Shown here one piece after another: positions 12,701 to 25,426 of a stretch of DNA of 64,000 nt. How positions within the stretch are numbered: the stretch's first letter is position 1; every line of letters begins with the position of its first letter. A program made the translations under genes and the position numbers. The stretch covers positions 3,338,724 to 3,402,723 of the forward strand of contig OZ199839.1 in the NCBI GenBank assembly GCA_964304625.1, in the 5' to 3' direction. Source of the DNA: Kudoa neothunni. Taxonomy: Eukaryota; Animalia; Cnidaria. Below the pieces are notes generated by a model. It worked only from the letters and a program-made list of their open reading frames with translations, was not told the origin of the DNA and made no database searches.

Positions 12701-15700
12701 AAAATAATATAATTCTCGCCAAATTTTCTTACGCATATAAGAATTACGAATAAAATCTTAATATACATTTGTATTCATGCATAATTATCACCAATATAAA
12801 AATAAACATCGAAAAATGCATAATTTTAATGTCGTTCTTTGACGTCATATTTATTCTCATGAATTTAGCTTATTCCTCTTTCCATGTACAACAGTGTTGT
12901 GGAGGCATGTTGCTCTCGATTGGTTGATAAAGCTTGCAATGTGAGAAAAAATGCAGTTGTAATATTGAAACATATACTTGAACAGAATCCTTTCTCCGCT
13001 AATGTATATAATAGTTGAGTGTGTAATGGTTAATATATTTTTGTTAGTTGAATATCGAGTTGTTAAAGTGCAACTTGGAGCTGGAAGAAAAACGTTTGTG
13101 CTCTATTATGAAAGCAAATAGCAAGCTTACATTGCCTAGTATTAAATTCAATGCTTTGTGTTGATATGTATTGTGTAGAAGGTGAGGATAAAGATATTAT
13201 CAATTGGGAAGCACTAGTTGAACCACTTGCAACCACTTTAGAAACCTACACCAGCAGTTTGAGTGATCAGAATGAGACCGTTATTGATGAGAAATATAAG
13301 GGTTTGGTGGGTGGTGTTGATTTGAGCGAGTGTTTGAATCGAATCTATTTGTTGTTGTGTGAGGAGTGTTTGGTTGATGCGGTGGAATTGTTGTACGCGA
13401 CGAGATCCACCTACGATAATGAGAGTCTCTTTTTAGATGAAACAGACGATCTCAAATTGTTGGAACTGATTTTCAACGGTATCAAACACAGTGACAAAGA
13501 AACCAAGGAGATTATTGAAAGCAATCGTCTCACCGGCTCCAAAAACCACAACCTTAGTAATAATACTGCAGGTGAAAATGAAGATGGGTCCTTATCGGCT
13601 GCAAAACTACTCGATCAGAATCAATTAACCATACGAAAACAACAAATACTGATACGCTACATCAAAGATTCGCTTCAATTTGCCACGTCGATAAATTCTT
13701 CGATGAAAATTTTATCGAAATTGATGCACTCTGAGACCCAATCAGATAAATTTGAGGTGATTGAGTTTTTCGTTTTCGCGGTTCAATTTGGAGTGATTCC
13801 ATTTGTGGCCGCAATCGACAACCTACTTCCACTTATCTGGACCAAGGAGAACAACCTCAAAGAATGTCTCGTGGAGTCGCTTCACAAACTCATATTCCAC
13901 TGTTCCAACTATTGTCAGTCGAGCACCAGCGCCGGTGACAACCCAGTGCTTGAACTCATAAGAAATTTAACTGTTGGAAGAAATTTTGCATTGACCGAAT
14001 TGTTTGGCCAATTCTCCAAAAAATCAATGATACCGAAATCATTTGTCGATATGATTGTGGAATGCGTTACCAGCAAAACTATGCCCAAATGTAAACGGGC
14101 TATGATTCTGCTGGGAATGATTGCACGAAACGAACCGGATATTGTGTTCAATAAGTTGGATCTACTTATTCGATGTGGTATCTCGTCACAGATCCCCCTC
14201 TACACTAGAGAAACTTGTGTCACTATTTGGTGCGCATTCAGGTCTAAATTATTGTCCTCCAAATATGCTGATTATCGCCTTCCCAGCGAACATGTATTGT
14301 TTTCTATGCTACTAAGAGTGCTACTGAAAACAATCGATGATTGTTCTCAAAACCACTGGATTCCAATGATGGAAAGCATTTGTCAGTTGGTTGTGTTTGC
14401 TGGCGATCAACCGTTGAAAACATTGTTTCTCTATCTGAATGAAGTCACCACTCAACAGAACATGTCGAAAAATGTGCTACATTTGACGAGAGTTGTTTCT
14501 ATGGGAGGCCATTGTGCGCTATGTATACTCACATTGTTACATGGTCCGCTCAGTGAGGAATTGAGGCGTAGACGAAATATGCTCGCTCCTGAACATAAAA
14601 AATCCAAAAATACCTCCACCACAACTATCAATACGAACAACACCACCGTTGCTGGTGAACGCTCTACACTCAATAATGATGAAGAGTTTAACGGTCTTGT
14701 GATGGGAGCCAGTGCCGACGACCTTATTGTTGAATGGGTTGACAATGTGTGCGAATACAATCTTTTCAGCGAGAACAGCATACTACAGGTGTATTTAAAA
14801 ATTATATACAACTGCTTGGAGTCATCTCACGAACCCATTCGAGAGCATGCCCCTCTTCAAAATGCTTGCGTTACTGCGCTTGGAAAATTTATGCTTCTAA
14901 GGTAGATTCTTTTTATTGACTTCAACAATCAACTAAATTTTTTTAATTACTGTTTTCTAGTTCGAGTGTGTGCTCAGAATTTCTGCCATTACTTTTGAAA
15001 CAGATTTCTCAAGTATGTATGCGTCTTTACGTGTGTAAAAATTGGGGATGGCTATTTTCAGGGGTTACAAAAATTTAGATTTTTCTTTAAGTTTTCAATG
15101 ACATAAAATCTTAACAATTTCATGATGCAAAAACCCAATAAGATTCTTTATTATTATTATTGTTTATTGTTTATTATTATTATTATTGTTTATTATTATT
15201 TATTATTATTCTTATTCTTATTATTTATTTATTATTCTTATTCTTATTATTTCTTATTCTTATTCTTATTCTTTATTATTATTATGGGGGGGGGGGGGGG
15301 GGTTTGGAATTTGGATGTTATGATTTCTTTTTTTTACTTATTTTTATTCGAATAATCACTTTAATCCATCGTTAAAAAATAGAAAAGCTAGGTGACATTT
15401 ATGATATACTCGGTGAACTTGAAGCACTTGACGTACGACGGGCGGATTTCCACTTTCTTCTGATTTTTTATCTTGTTTTCGTTGTCTTCTAAAGTAGTAA
15501 TGGACAGACTTTCGTGTTGCAGAGACCGCATCAGTACATTGAATTGTCGGAGGGTCGCGCAACTTATAAAATACATCATTCATAATTTATCGCAACATAC
15601 GGATAGTATAGCGGAAAAAATAAACACAATTAAATATAAAAAATCATTTCATACAATTTTATTATAATTAGGGTTATTGATAGAAACTCTTAGTATTGCA

Positions 15701-18700
15701 TTTAAATTCGAATTACACAACATCAATCTATTCTTTCTTTAATTAATTTATTTTAGTACAGTAAGTATTCTGCTTGCAAATACAAGTAGAACCAAACATT
15801 GAAAGTATGGTTGTCGTAAATAAGACTAAGAGTAAAAGTAAATTGGCGCATGTTATTAATGTTTTAATTTTCAACTATCTATGGGAATAGTCATTTAAAA
15901 TTAACAGATAAACCTAAAACTGACATTTTTTCTCAATTTAGAATAGACATGAAAGTGTGATCTGTAACGGTCTTATTATCTGCGGTGATATCGCTTTACG
16001 TTTCCCAAATATAATTGAACCGTTTACTAACCAATTATTTTACAAGTATGCATTTTATTTTGACAGACGTTCATTATAACTGTGTTAGTTTGAAATCTGA
16101 TTCGGTGGACATTCGTAAAACCACAGTGACTGTTTTATGCCATCTCATTCTGAACGATATGATCAAAATTAAAGGTCAAATTAGCGAATTGGCTCTACGT
16201 ATTGGTGATCCTGATAAACAAATCAGTGCCAAAGTTGTTCATTTCTTCCACGAGCTTTCGAGAAAAGTGTTTTTTATTTAATCTATTTGATGCTTGATAT
16301 GTGCTTTATTTTATCTTAATTTTCTTAAATTTAAATAAGAATTTTTGAGAAAAAAGGATCACATTCAGCGTTCTATAAATATATGAATAAGTGTGCGCAT
16401 GCGCACATACTGAAAGTCGCTGATTTTTTAATTTTTACCCTATGCGTTGATTAGAAATTTATTTACACATGTCATATTATTATTAGTTTTTATTATCGTT
16501 AATTATTATTATAATTGATTATTGTTATTTTACACTTTGTGTTTAATTCGTTGCTCTTAACAAAATTCATAATAAAATTTCTTAAAATTAACAAATCATT
16601 ATTACGATTATGCAGATGATGATTTTCTCACACCTAAAATTATATTAAATTTTACCAATTAGCCAACGTAAATAGTGTAGTTTGGTGTATACCAACCGCA
16701 TTTGGTTAATTAATTAACCCACGTACATTAAAAATCATAATAACACGCGGGGATTATTTTTACTTTCGCAGTAAATATGAAGATTAGCTATACGATTTTA
16801 AAAATTTAATAAAACCTCTTCTGTACATTTTACTGAATTTAAATAACTCCGATTAGTCTACATAGCTCGTAAGATATTTTTAAGTGTAAAGTGATACTAG
16901 CTATATAATTACAATGTTCTAATTATATTCGACTAAAGATGAGTAAATCGGAGTCTCCTAACTGCTTACAACATAATTGAATCGAAATTTTTCGTCATTC
17001 AAATTTCGCGCCAATTAATCTATCTTATTATTTAGCCTATTAGAATTACTTAAATCAAACACATTATTCAATGAAGCTCTTTATTATTTACATTAATTTA
17101 TGCATTACATTTAACCATGTCAAAAATTCTTATTTAATACCTTAAATCGCGCTAGTTAAGATGAGAAAAGCACATTTGTTTATTTATCTTAATAAATAAT
17201 TTAAATCTATCATTTTGTCAATTTATTATAGGAAAATGCTATCTACAATATACTTCCCGATTTGGTGAGCAGATTATCCGACGATCAAAACGTTTCTAGA
17301 GACACATTTGAAAGTGTAGTCAAGTAAGCGCGCTTTTTATTGCATGTCATTTAAATTAGGCAGTGGCTATTTTGCCGGTCGCGCTTTTTCTCCGTAAAAT
17401 AATAATTCAATCGTTAGTAATTTTTTCAAAAATTATCTTTATTTTTTGACAAATCAATGTATATTTCCCTAATAAAGCTAATTTTATGATATAACGCCAT
17501 AAAAGAGTAAAATGACTTTTAAAATTCAGCTGTAACGTTGATAATACCAAGTTCAATTATTATGGACGTAGATTCTGATCGAACACTACTCATTCAAGAT
17601 ATTATGCCAAACAATCAATAGATACTTAACTAAATCGGAAGCTCTTTTGTTACTGGATCGGAGATTCTAGAAAAGTCTCAATAATAGAGGTTTTTTCAGT
17701 GATTTGCTAATTTATTTATCAACTATGAGGACTGAATTTGTAGCCTTAGCAGTTAGAGAGCTAACAACTCAAACTATTGAAAAATTAAACTCAGACATTA
17801 ACGTCATATGCCTACAATATTCTGTAAGTTGGAATAAATAATTAAATCGAAACTTATTCCAATATTTGCACATGTTGCTTCTACATAAGTACGACGTTAC
17901 CATGTAGACATATTAACTCTACTAGGGAGAAAACGAATATGAATTTATATGAATTTATGACAAAAAAATTCGTAATAAGAGGTGATACAAGAATTATTAC
18001 CTATCGTTTATTCAAATGATCAAAGATATGCATATTCAGAATCATTTGTGTAGTGTGCAACCAGCTATTACAGCAATTTCGAGTCAATGGTCTGCTCCGA
18101 ATTTTACATTTAAGCGATATTTGAAATTTAAATTCTATGCAAAAAAATAGCATCACTTAGGTCTGAGAAGAGGGGAGCTCAATATGATTTATTAAAAAAG
18201 AGTTGGGATGAACTAATCTTGCTTATTTCGAATGAGGATTCTTTGGATAACTCATTTTTTTCCACTCTTCATATATCAACTTAATTTAGTTCAAATTAAC
18301 GTATGAATTTATTATCAGCAACAATCAAGAAATTTCAGATCCAAATGTGATGAGTGCCTTTAGTAACATTTTTATTCTATATTTCGTTACTGAGGAATCA
18401 TGAACGGAGAGGGTGGGTATACAAGAAGCAGTTGGAGATAATGACACATCATAAATAACTGATATGGAAATCTTAGATATTGTGAATGATTCTACAGTTA
18501 AATACATCCATTTTTGATAGCTATGAGAATTTTATCCATGTCGCGAAGTTCGCGAAATTCACGTAATTCACGAAATTATAGGAGTGAAGTTGACAGTTCG
18601 ACCAAAAGTTGTATTACAAACAGTTATAGATTTAAAAAATTGTATGCATTTACACAGTATCATTTATTTACAAATTAAGAAGTAGAATATTTACCTTTTG

Positions 18701-19587
18701 TAAGAATTTTAAAAAGTGAGTGAGCCAAATAGCTATACCACGCCTCGGTTTCATGTGGATTTTATTGATAAAAATTAGTTATGTTATTGTACGTCCCTGA
18801 ATGAATGAAACTAAATTTATATTCAGCGTTTATAAAAAATAATTTTTGAAAAAATTACTAACGATTGAATTATTATATTAGGAGAAAAAGCGCGCCCGCC
18901 CAGCAAAATACACACAGCCTTTAAATTATTTCATTACCCAACTGAACTTATTATATTAATCTTTATTACTTCTGCTCTACCATTTTATTTAGATTTCTGT
19001 TTAAATTTCTTCAAAAGGATCGACATTGTGAAATGTTTATGGAAAAATTGTGCCATAGAATTCCCGCCACTGAAAATCACGACCAACTTGATCTGTTTCT
19101 GTATTGCATGCGAAATATTCCTTTGGTGGGTGAGCGCGCCATTAAAAAATTGCTACAAACTTTCGACTCCTACAAAGACAAGTTTGTCATTGATAATGTT
19201 CGCGATACTTTCACTTGCATTATTGCCACGGCACGTAAACAATGTAAAGATGGCGCCAACGCATCGAAGGCTTCCATTGATGAGTTGGAAAGCAAAATAC
19301 GCGCCGTTTGTCTTGCGTTTGCTAATCAGTCCACAGTTACTGCCTCCTCCAACCCTACTGGTACCCACGACAATATTAATAACGAAAATTGTAACGAAAA
19401 TGAAGCTGATGCCGTCGTTAATGATGAGAACGATAAACCCAACTTTTTCGCCTCTCCAATCGTCGATTCACGCCACCTATCATCATCACTCAACAATTCT
19501 CAACACACTCCAAAATCCAATTATCTGATCTCTAAAACCACTAACAAAAAACGCCATAAATTTTTAATTGAGGATGAAGATATTTGA
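9800..19587 (+). CDS. NCAPD2: Condensin I complex subunit 1 (CAP-D2/Cnd1), multi-exon with four long introns
   Basis: N-terminus MAVEFLIPL. Later exons give YLWEPPVIDDEF, PYCLRNAVL, IDVNAFVRSHTLKLW, RLVDKACNVRKNAV, LEQNPF, ACVTALGKFML, GDIALRFPNIIEPFT, HLILNDMIKIKGQISELA, FFHELSRK and NAIYNILPDLVSRLSD, all typical of Cnd1 HEAT regions. TGA at 19587. Confidence 0.95.
15148..15302. repeat. Imperfect (TTA)n/(TTATTC)n microsatellite ending in a G17 run, intronic
   Basis: Directly visible. It explains the spurious Y/I/L-rich ORFs at 15122-15375. Confidence 0.9.
16392..16407. promoter_or_regulatory. Perfect NRF1-type palindrome TGTGCGCATGCGCACA inside an NCAPD2 intron
   Basis: 16-bp perfect palindrome containing the full NRF1 consensus TGCGCATGCGCA. 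Confidence 0.5.
17359..18919. mobile_element. Non-autonomous Mutator-like element (MULE) in an NCAPD2 intron
   Basis: TIRs of about 80 bp start with GGC (GCGCTTTTTCTCC...ATAATTCAATCGTTAGTAATTTTTTCAAAAATTAT, with its reverse complement at about 18838-18919). Perfect 9-bp TSD TTTAAATTA at 17350-17358 and 18920-18928. Confidence 0.88.
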
Positions 19588-19634
19588 TTTTGCCTATATT
19601 TACATTACTCCCTCTCTTTATGACTCATTATGTA

Positions 19635-19646
19635 TGCGCATGCGCG
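19635..19646. promoter_or_regulatory. NRF1-like element TGCGCATGCGCG upstream of MCRS1
   Basis: Lies in the 74-bp gap between the NCAPD2 stop and the MCRS1 ATG, 15 bp before the ATG. Confidence 0.65.
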
Positions 19647-19661
19647 TATTTAACATTTTAA

Positions 19662-21616
19662 ATGAACAGCTCGCTAGCCAAGTGGAGACCGACTGACGAT
19701 CTATTGTTGATTGAGTCAGTGTTGCAGGTTGATTGGCAATCGTATCAGAGATTCTAAATTACTTTCTATCAACTAGGTTAATAATATCGCAATTGTGCAT
19801 GCTTGTGTGGAATTTTCGTGCAGATTTACTCTCGCTGAGATAGAACAACGTTGGAAAACACTGTTGTATGATGAGGTGGAGTCAAGAGCTGCCCAAGAGG
19901 CGATTTTAGCGTTGCCTGGCAGTGTGGTCCACCTTATCAAATCCAACGGTATTTGGACTAAAGCTGAGGAGGATGTTCTTGCTGGAATTTTATCGGTATT
20001 TGTCAGGCTGTTTCTGACAATCTACCCTACCCAGCAATGTTATGTTATATCGCAATTTAGACTGATACTCCTACTTTGGAAACCTTTGAAAGTATGATAG
20101 AAGAGGATAGCTCCCCATGGAAACCATGTCGAACACCTCAAGCGTTATTACATCACTGGGAACTTATGAAAAAATACCAGCTTTTAAAAGATCAATTAAT
20201 GGCAGTAGACAGTGACCACAATGAAGAATTTGCCGAAATCAGCACTATATTAGATATGGCGTCGCCAAGCCCACATCTACTTCGTCAGATGGACGATAAA
20301 ATCGTTATGGTGAACGAGAAAGTTGAAATTTGGCAATCAAGATTAAATCAGACCTTAGTGGAAACAGAAGAATTCTCTCCGAATTATTCATCCAACAACA
20401 AAAATTATAGGGCTATTCTTTGTGGTGAAAATATGAGCTATTTTATTAACAAAACCACCGTATGCAGTCTACAGTTGAATCGGGTTGAGGCTATTGGTGC
20501 GATTAGAGTTAATCCCAATATTTATATGCTTTTATACGTTTATTTAATTTTAACGAAAAATTTATCTGTTTATTCGAAAATAAAATAAAATTGATTTGAA
20601 TAATTGAGAATAGTTGATTACAATACTTATATAGTTTATAGCTTATAAGCATTGGAGGATTATTCTATATGGCGCCAATCGTCGCTTATCTAAAATCATG
20701 ATTGTTAATGTTTAATCATTTGATTTAGGTGACTATTGGAATTTCTAAATGCCTTCAACCTGTTGATATCGATCTTTCATTGGATGGTTGTAACAATGAT
20801 CATGAAAAAATCAATTGTATCATTCGATACCAAGATGGGGGGTTCAAAATTTTAAACCTCGCTGAACTACCTATTATCGTCAATGATAAGGTTCTTGTGG
20901 CGAACACAGAAGCAGTACTATCTGATGATTCCGAAATTAAAATTGGGCATTGTTTTCTCACTTTCATTGATCCCAAAGTGCATAACGCTATTTTAAGCAA
21001 CAAACCCCCATTTGAAAATTTCACCAATCTTAAAGCTCCTAACACACAATTTCTGAGGAAAATTGCAAAAGTTGGTGATAATCAGCCCAACAGCAACAAT
21101 AACACTACTAACTTACCACCTGCTACCAAAGTTCCTGCCCAAAATATATCGATAATAAACAGCAATACTAATAATATTGGCGGTGGTAGCGTAAGTGGGC
21201 CCTTGTCGTCTAATCAACAACCTCCGCCGCTAGCCAATTTTAATCCCATTAAAAATATCCCCCAATCCAATCCCTTGAGCTCCACTCCATCCAAGGTGCC
21301 CACCTCTGTGGCTGGTGCTTCGTTTAATACATCTTCCATATCAATCAAACCACCCTCGTCATCCATACCTGTAGCGAATCCATTGGCAACTGCCTCTACA
21401 ATATTGAGCGGTTCCACAAATGTGAGCAACAGTGCAATGGTAAAAACCGAAAATATCACCTTTTCCAGTCTATCATCCACCCAAAGTGCTCAAAATGTGG
21501 ATACAAATCCACTCCATACTAATACTCCTCAAAGAATTCCCCCCACCAAGATAATCACTCCAAAGTCTACCAACATTCCGAATACTCCACCAACTAACTC
21601 GAACGAAAACACCTAA
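19662..21616 (+). CDS. MCRS1: Microspherule protein 1 (INO80/NSL complex subunit), 4 exons, divergent FHA domain and low-complexity tail
   Basis: KWRPTDDLLLIESVLQ, VEFSCRFTLAEIEQRWKTLLYD, CRTPQALLHHWELMKKYQLLKDQ and VDIDLSLDG match the MCRS_N and FHA regions of MCRS1. Confidence 0.9.
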
Positions 21617-23259
21617 TTTATTCTGCATTTAGTTTTGTGTATTTTTTCAAATTAATTTCTTTCTACCAACTTACTAATGTCTGGTGTGATTGGTGTAAGA
21701 ATTTTGGCGTTGCTTAACTTTCATATTTGAAGAGTTTTTTTAAAGTCCTACGCTAGCACTTTATGAATATTTATTAATCCATCCATCCATCCATCTATCC
21801 TGAACGAGAATGAGATGAAATCTATTGATATTAGTGGATTATCATTATCCCATTCAAATATTAAGTGGAATTTTGTGGTAAAATTTTTTTATTAATTAAT
21901 CGAGCTCAGATAAAAATAATTAAAAATTATTGTCGCCCCTATATATGCATGCGTACGCAAACATTAGAGGCGTTTTGCACCAGCAATGTTGTTAATCCGC
22001 GTAAATTTAATTTTAATTAAAATTTCAATATTTTCTTCGTGTTATTTCGATCTGATTACGACGCTGTTATGTTAGAATTTGAAAATTAGCTAACCATTGA
22101 TAGATATAATTTAATCCCCTCAAATATTCGCGCATTTGCGAATATTTCAAATCTACGCAACTTTTATTTAAAAGATAATATATATAATCAAAACAGGTCC
22201 TATATGAATGTAATGATCTATAACAAAAAGCTACTTCCTTTAATAATTCATGAAATCTTATTTGTGCGAGTTAACCCTCAGAAGACGGAACCCAAAAACT
22301 TATCCATGTGCCTAAAGCACCCCTGAGGTTTTTCAATTTAATTCACTCATTTCGATAAAAAATTTGTTTTATGTGGTTACTACTTAATCAAACATAAAAA
22401 TAACCTCCCTGAATGTATAAATATTTAACCGGGTAGGAAAAAAATACAAGCAATTCATAGCCTTCACTTTAAGAGAGAGGCGAGAATTAACAAGCAATCC
22501 CTCAAAAATAAGGTTATGCTACTAACTCATTCATCATTGGAAAACTCAAGATTGATTTTTAAACGAATTTTTCATCGAAAAGAAACAACCGATAAACCCG
22601 GAACAACAAAGATAACAAATAATTTTCGTCAATCTCATTTTGACATCGTGGCATTAAATTGTAGGAATATTTCCTTCCCTGCAAACAATTACCTTTACTA
22701 TTATAATTTTTATTCTAGAGTAAAATAATAAAGACTGATATAAAAAGAAGAAAAATCAGGTTGGAACAAAATTAAATATTAATCTACCTTTAAGTTCAGA
22801 ATTAATAAAGGCAAAGGTTATTCGCATGATAAAATTTAATCCTAAACGGCATGTACGCATGCGCATTGGGATTTGTTTATCTCAAAACTCCCATTTATAG
22901 TTGATCTATAAAGTTTATTTTTTAGAATCTGCTGTATTTAATTATTGTTGGTCCCTGGGAGAGGTAGAAACGGGCCAACACTAATTAAATATTGTCAAAA
23001 CTATACCTACCTGGATATTACGGTCGTGTAAATAGTCACTTTCTTTTATTACAAACCACAAATTTTTTACAAATAAAATTTAATATGAGAAATTGCCAAG
23101 TTTAATTAGAAAGAAATTTAATTTTATTGCCAAGTCAATTAAGACTTACTTGGAATTAGTAATTTATTTAATGTATTTATAGAAACCCTTAATTAAAAAA
23201 TACTAAAACAAGAGAAGAGAAATAGTAAAAAGTCATTAACCAAATAAGGAATAATCAAA

Positions 23260-24914
23260 TTAATATGTTCGCTTCTTTTCGAACTTTTGACGACGATACG
23301 TAAGCCAAAGTTGCTGCTTTTTTTCCTCAATAATTTTGATTCTTTCTTGGAATTTGTGCCTACTGGCATCACTAGGCACGTATCTTCTTGAGGACTGACA
23401 TTGGCCATCATTTTTGAACACGATGGCATTCTTGAAATCTTTTTTTGGCGGGGTCTTTAACAGTTTCTCCATGAAATGATAAGTCACTTGAAAGTCGTCG
23501 CTGTATGAATCGTAATTGGGATTGTTGTAGGGAATGCCATCAAATTTTAACAATTTGTCATACATATCAAGCGCTCGCAACGTCATAAAAAGTTTGGTAT
23601 ATTTACAGAAATCCTTGATTGTTGCGCCTAATATCATTCACATTAATTAACAAATTAATCCACATTCCAACCAAATTATAGCTACCGAAAAATGTTGAGT
23701 ATTTAATTCGATTAATGCCGTCTAAATCTTCGTTGAAAAATTGATGATTTTCATCAGCTTGACTATTGGACAAGAATTGTGTATAGCAGCAGCATAATAA
23801 ATATAGTAATTACGTGTCGATAATTAGAGATTTTGAATCAACCTATACGCATAAACAACTCGTATATATGCCAACAAATAAAAAACAATTGATCAAGTTC
23901 AACTTACAGGAAGATTCAATTGGAAATTGAATTCCTCGTATAGCTGGAGATTACCCTAAAAAAATAATAACGATAACAATCGAATATAGGCAAAAATTGA
24001 CATTGTTCACTTTAAATGCACCTACCTCTCGATATCGTGTGGCCAATATACTACGGATTGCATATCTTAATTTCTCATCTGGAATCTTTATAGTGTGATC
24101 AGTGGGACGTTTACCAATAGCCTTTCCACCGTCACGAAACAAACTCGAGCCTCTATGAGAAATAGCTGCTCGACCGGACCTTTTTTGGGGCCACAATTTT
24201 CTCTTGCTCCATAACATTTCGTATTGATTTCTTACAACCGCATAATCCTACCATTGCGAAAGTTTTTCAGAAAAATGAATGCATAACAAATTAAATATCG
24301 AAAATCTATCACTCACAATCAAACCTTTACGTCTTTCCCATTCGTAAGCATCAAACAACAAATCCGATCTGGTATCGGTCCCAAATATGAATGGATTCAA
24401 ATTTACAAATCCAATAGCGCCTTCATCGTTATACACTCGAGCAACAAATGGAGAATTGGCAGAAAAATCATGATTCTTTTTATTGTACTCATCCACAGTC
24501 ACAACTATGGAGTGTAATAACATGACAAAATTGTAACGTTGTAGCTGCTACCTTCAAAATATTCAGGTCTTTCAGGCAATGCGGATCTACATATCACTGG
24601 GAGTTGTTTTTAAACAGCAGGAAATAATTACCTATATTTCCTTTTGTTTAACTCAAAATAATTTTTAATTTCCTCCTATCGAAAATTTATACAATTGTTT
24701 ATGTATGAATAAGATGCACTTCGTCTGTTATTGTGCATGGCAGATCTGGTAGTGTACTCCACACTTGTGCTGGATCACTGTTGTGATTCAGTTCTGTAGA
24801 CACCCATCTAGAAAAGCCTAAAAATGAAACCTTGTGCAGATCAGTGACTGGATTCTTATGACGACTAATCCCAGCTAGAGCTGAAGCAAATTTAACTAAT
24901 AATTTCGTGCTCAT
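23260..24914 (-). CDS. MRPL4: Mitochondrial ribosomal protein uL4m, multi-exon
   Basis: L4 signature RKLWPQKRSGRAAISHRGSSLFRDGGKAIGKRP, plus LNPFIFGTDTRSDLL and KLRYAIRSILA. The N-terminus is presequence-like. Confidence 0.85.
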
Positions 24915-24943
24915 AGCAACGTGACCCTAATCAATCTCGTATA

Positions 24944-24955
24944 TGCGCATGTGCG
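24944..24955. promoter_or_regulatory. NRF1-like element TGCGCATGTGCG upstream of MRPL4
   Basis: About 30 bp upstream of the MRPL4 ATG. Confidence 0.6.
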
Positions 24956-25426
24956 ATAGATTTTAAAATATTAAGTTTCGCCCCCTATCTCAAAAAATCT
25001 GTTACAAAATGTTATAATCAAAAATATTTAAAATTGATATTTGATTATTAATAAAAATAGTTTTATCCCTTTAATATAAAAATTTTTGATAATCTCAAAT
25101 TATATCAAGTAACAATTGGATGAATTTAACGAAAAATCTGATAATCTTTGATGGTTGCCAAACGTGTGTGGTTAATGGATTTCAACGTTGGATGTCAAGA
25201 ATTACATCATATATACAATAAGGCGCAGTTATTTCGGTGTTTTTCAACTTTATGCCGTAATCGTAGTGAAGGTTTTATTTGATTATTAGTTCACTGTTGT
25301 ATGTGACGTACCTATAATTATAGATCGACCGAGTTAATACTTTTAAAATCCTGATTTTTTAATCTCCCGGAATATTATGTTAAAACATTTAGTAAATTTC
25401 CCACTAAACCTACCTAATCCCTTTAA

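Noticed and set aside
15122-15375. Hydrophobic ORFs that look like membrane proteins
   Set aside because: Translations of an intronic TTA microsatellite and G run.
23003-23014. ATACCTACCTGG resembling the U1 snRNA 5' end
   Set aside because: One mismatch in the invariant part and no U1 stem-loops or Sm site follow. It reads equally well as an antisense splice donor.
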